Part shown: positions 26,776 through 26,881 of the stretch, piece by piece
How positions within the stretch are numbered: the first letter of the stretch is position 1
How the letters are laid out: every line of letters begins with the position of its first letter
Virus record (IMG/VR): IMGVR_UViG_3300044675_004775
Location: 1-26,881 of that record
Length of the DNA: 26,881 nt
From: a virus
Lineage: Duplodnaviria; Caudoviricetes
Reading direction: 5' to 3' (one strand)
The notes under the pieces: model-generated
What the model was told of the DNA's origin: nothing
Database searches by the model: none
Seen by the model: only the letters and a program-made list of their open reading frames with translations
Program-made: the position numbers and the translations under genes

Positions 26776-26806
26776 AAAGGCCCGAGTTTTTTAATTCGGG
26801 TTTTTT
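26776..26806 (+). terminator. Rho-independent terminator
   Basis: GCCCGAGTT (26780-88), loop TTTT, AATTCGGGT (26793-801), followed by a T tract. Confidence 0.75.
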
Positions 26807-26856
26807 AGTTTATACTTTATGAGTAACGTTATCATTAAATTTAAAATATAACTAAT

Positions 26857-26881
26857 ATGTCAACATTTGATGCAGTACTGG
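26857..26881 (+). CDS. Start of a gene running off the window (MSTFDAVL...), function not assignable from 8 codons
   Basis: ATG preceded by an A-rich leader (TAAAATATAACTAAT) like other genes here, with TATACT at 26811-16 upstream. Confidence 0.55.

Noticed and set aside
1-26881. Stop-codon reassignment as in some large phages
   Set aside because: Very long ORFs are intact in the standard code, and TAG (2019, 12631, 26752) and TGA (19378) end genes at sensible boundaries.
26857-26881. Assigning the last ORF as a ssDNA-binding protein
   Set aside because: Only 8 codons are visible, so this cannot be supported from the window.

Overview
An AT-rich, gene-dense segment of a large contractile-tailed dsDNA phage, read in the standard genetic code. 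Leaders are A-rich with no Shine-Dalgarno site, which suggests (inference) a Bacteroidota-like host. The left part holds the 3' portion of a family-B DNA polymerase, an inverted T4 gp13-like neck gene, a PD-(D/E)xK-like nuclease and an SNF2/SMARCAL1-like ATPase. The tail module follows: gp14-like and gp15-like neck/terminator, sheath, tube, tail assembly chaperone, tape measure, a 1576-aa tube-initiator-like protein, a LysM wedge protein and a 1944-aa hub. The window ends with two hypotheticals, a Dps/ferritin-like gene and the first 8 codons of another gene. The most notable signals not explained by the ORF track are: (1) a probable programmed +1 frameshift at UUU_UUU_CGC in the tail chaperone; (2) an uncalled 51-aa ribbon-helix-helix gene divergent from the sheath gene, with a 10-bp-phased AGATA array upstream; (3) a nested CTAG/CTGG palindromic element between sheath and tube, flanked by a candidate antisense promoter and a bidirectional terminator (ncRNA or origin candidate); (4) a recurrent upstream motif TATTTAT(A), the reverse complement of the T4 late promoter; (5) OmpA-like and degenerate RlpA-like domains in the giant baseplate proteins. 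All protein assignments are by-eye motif recognition, not database searches.
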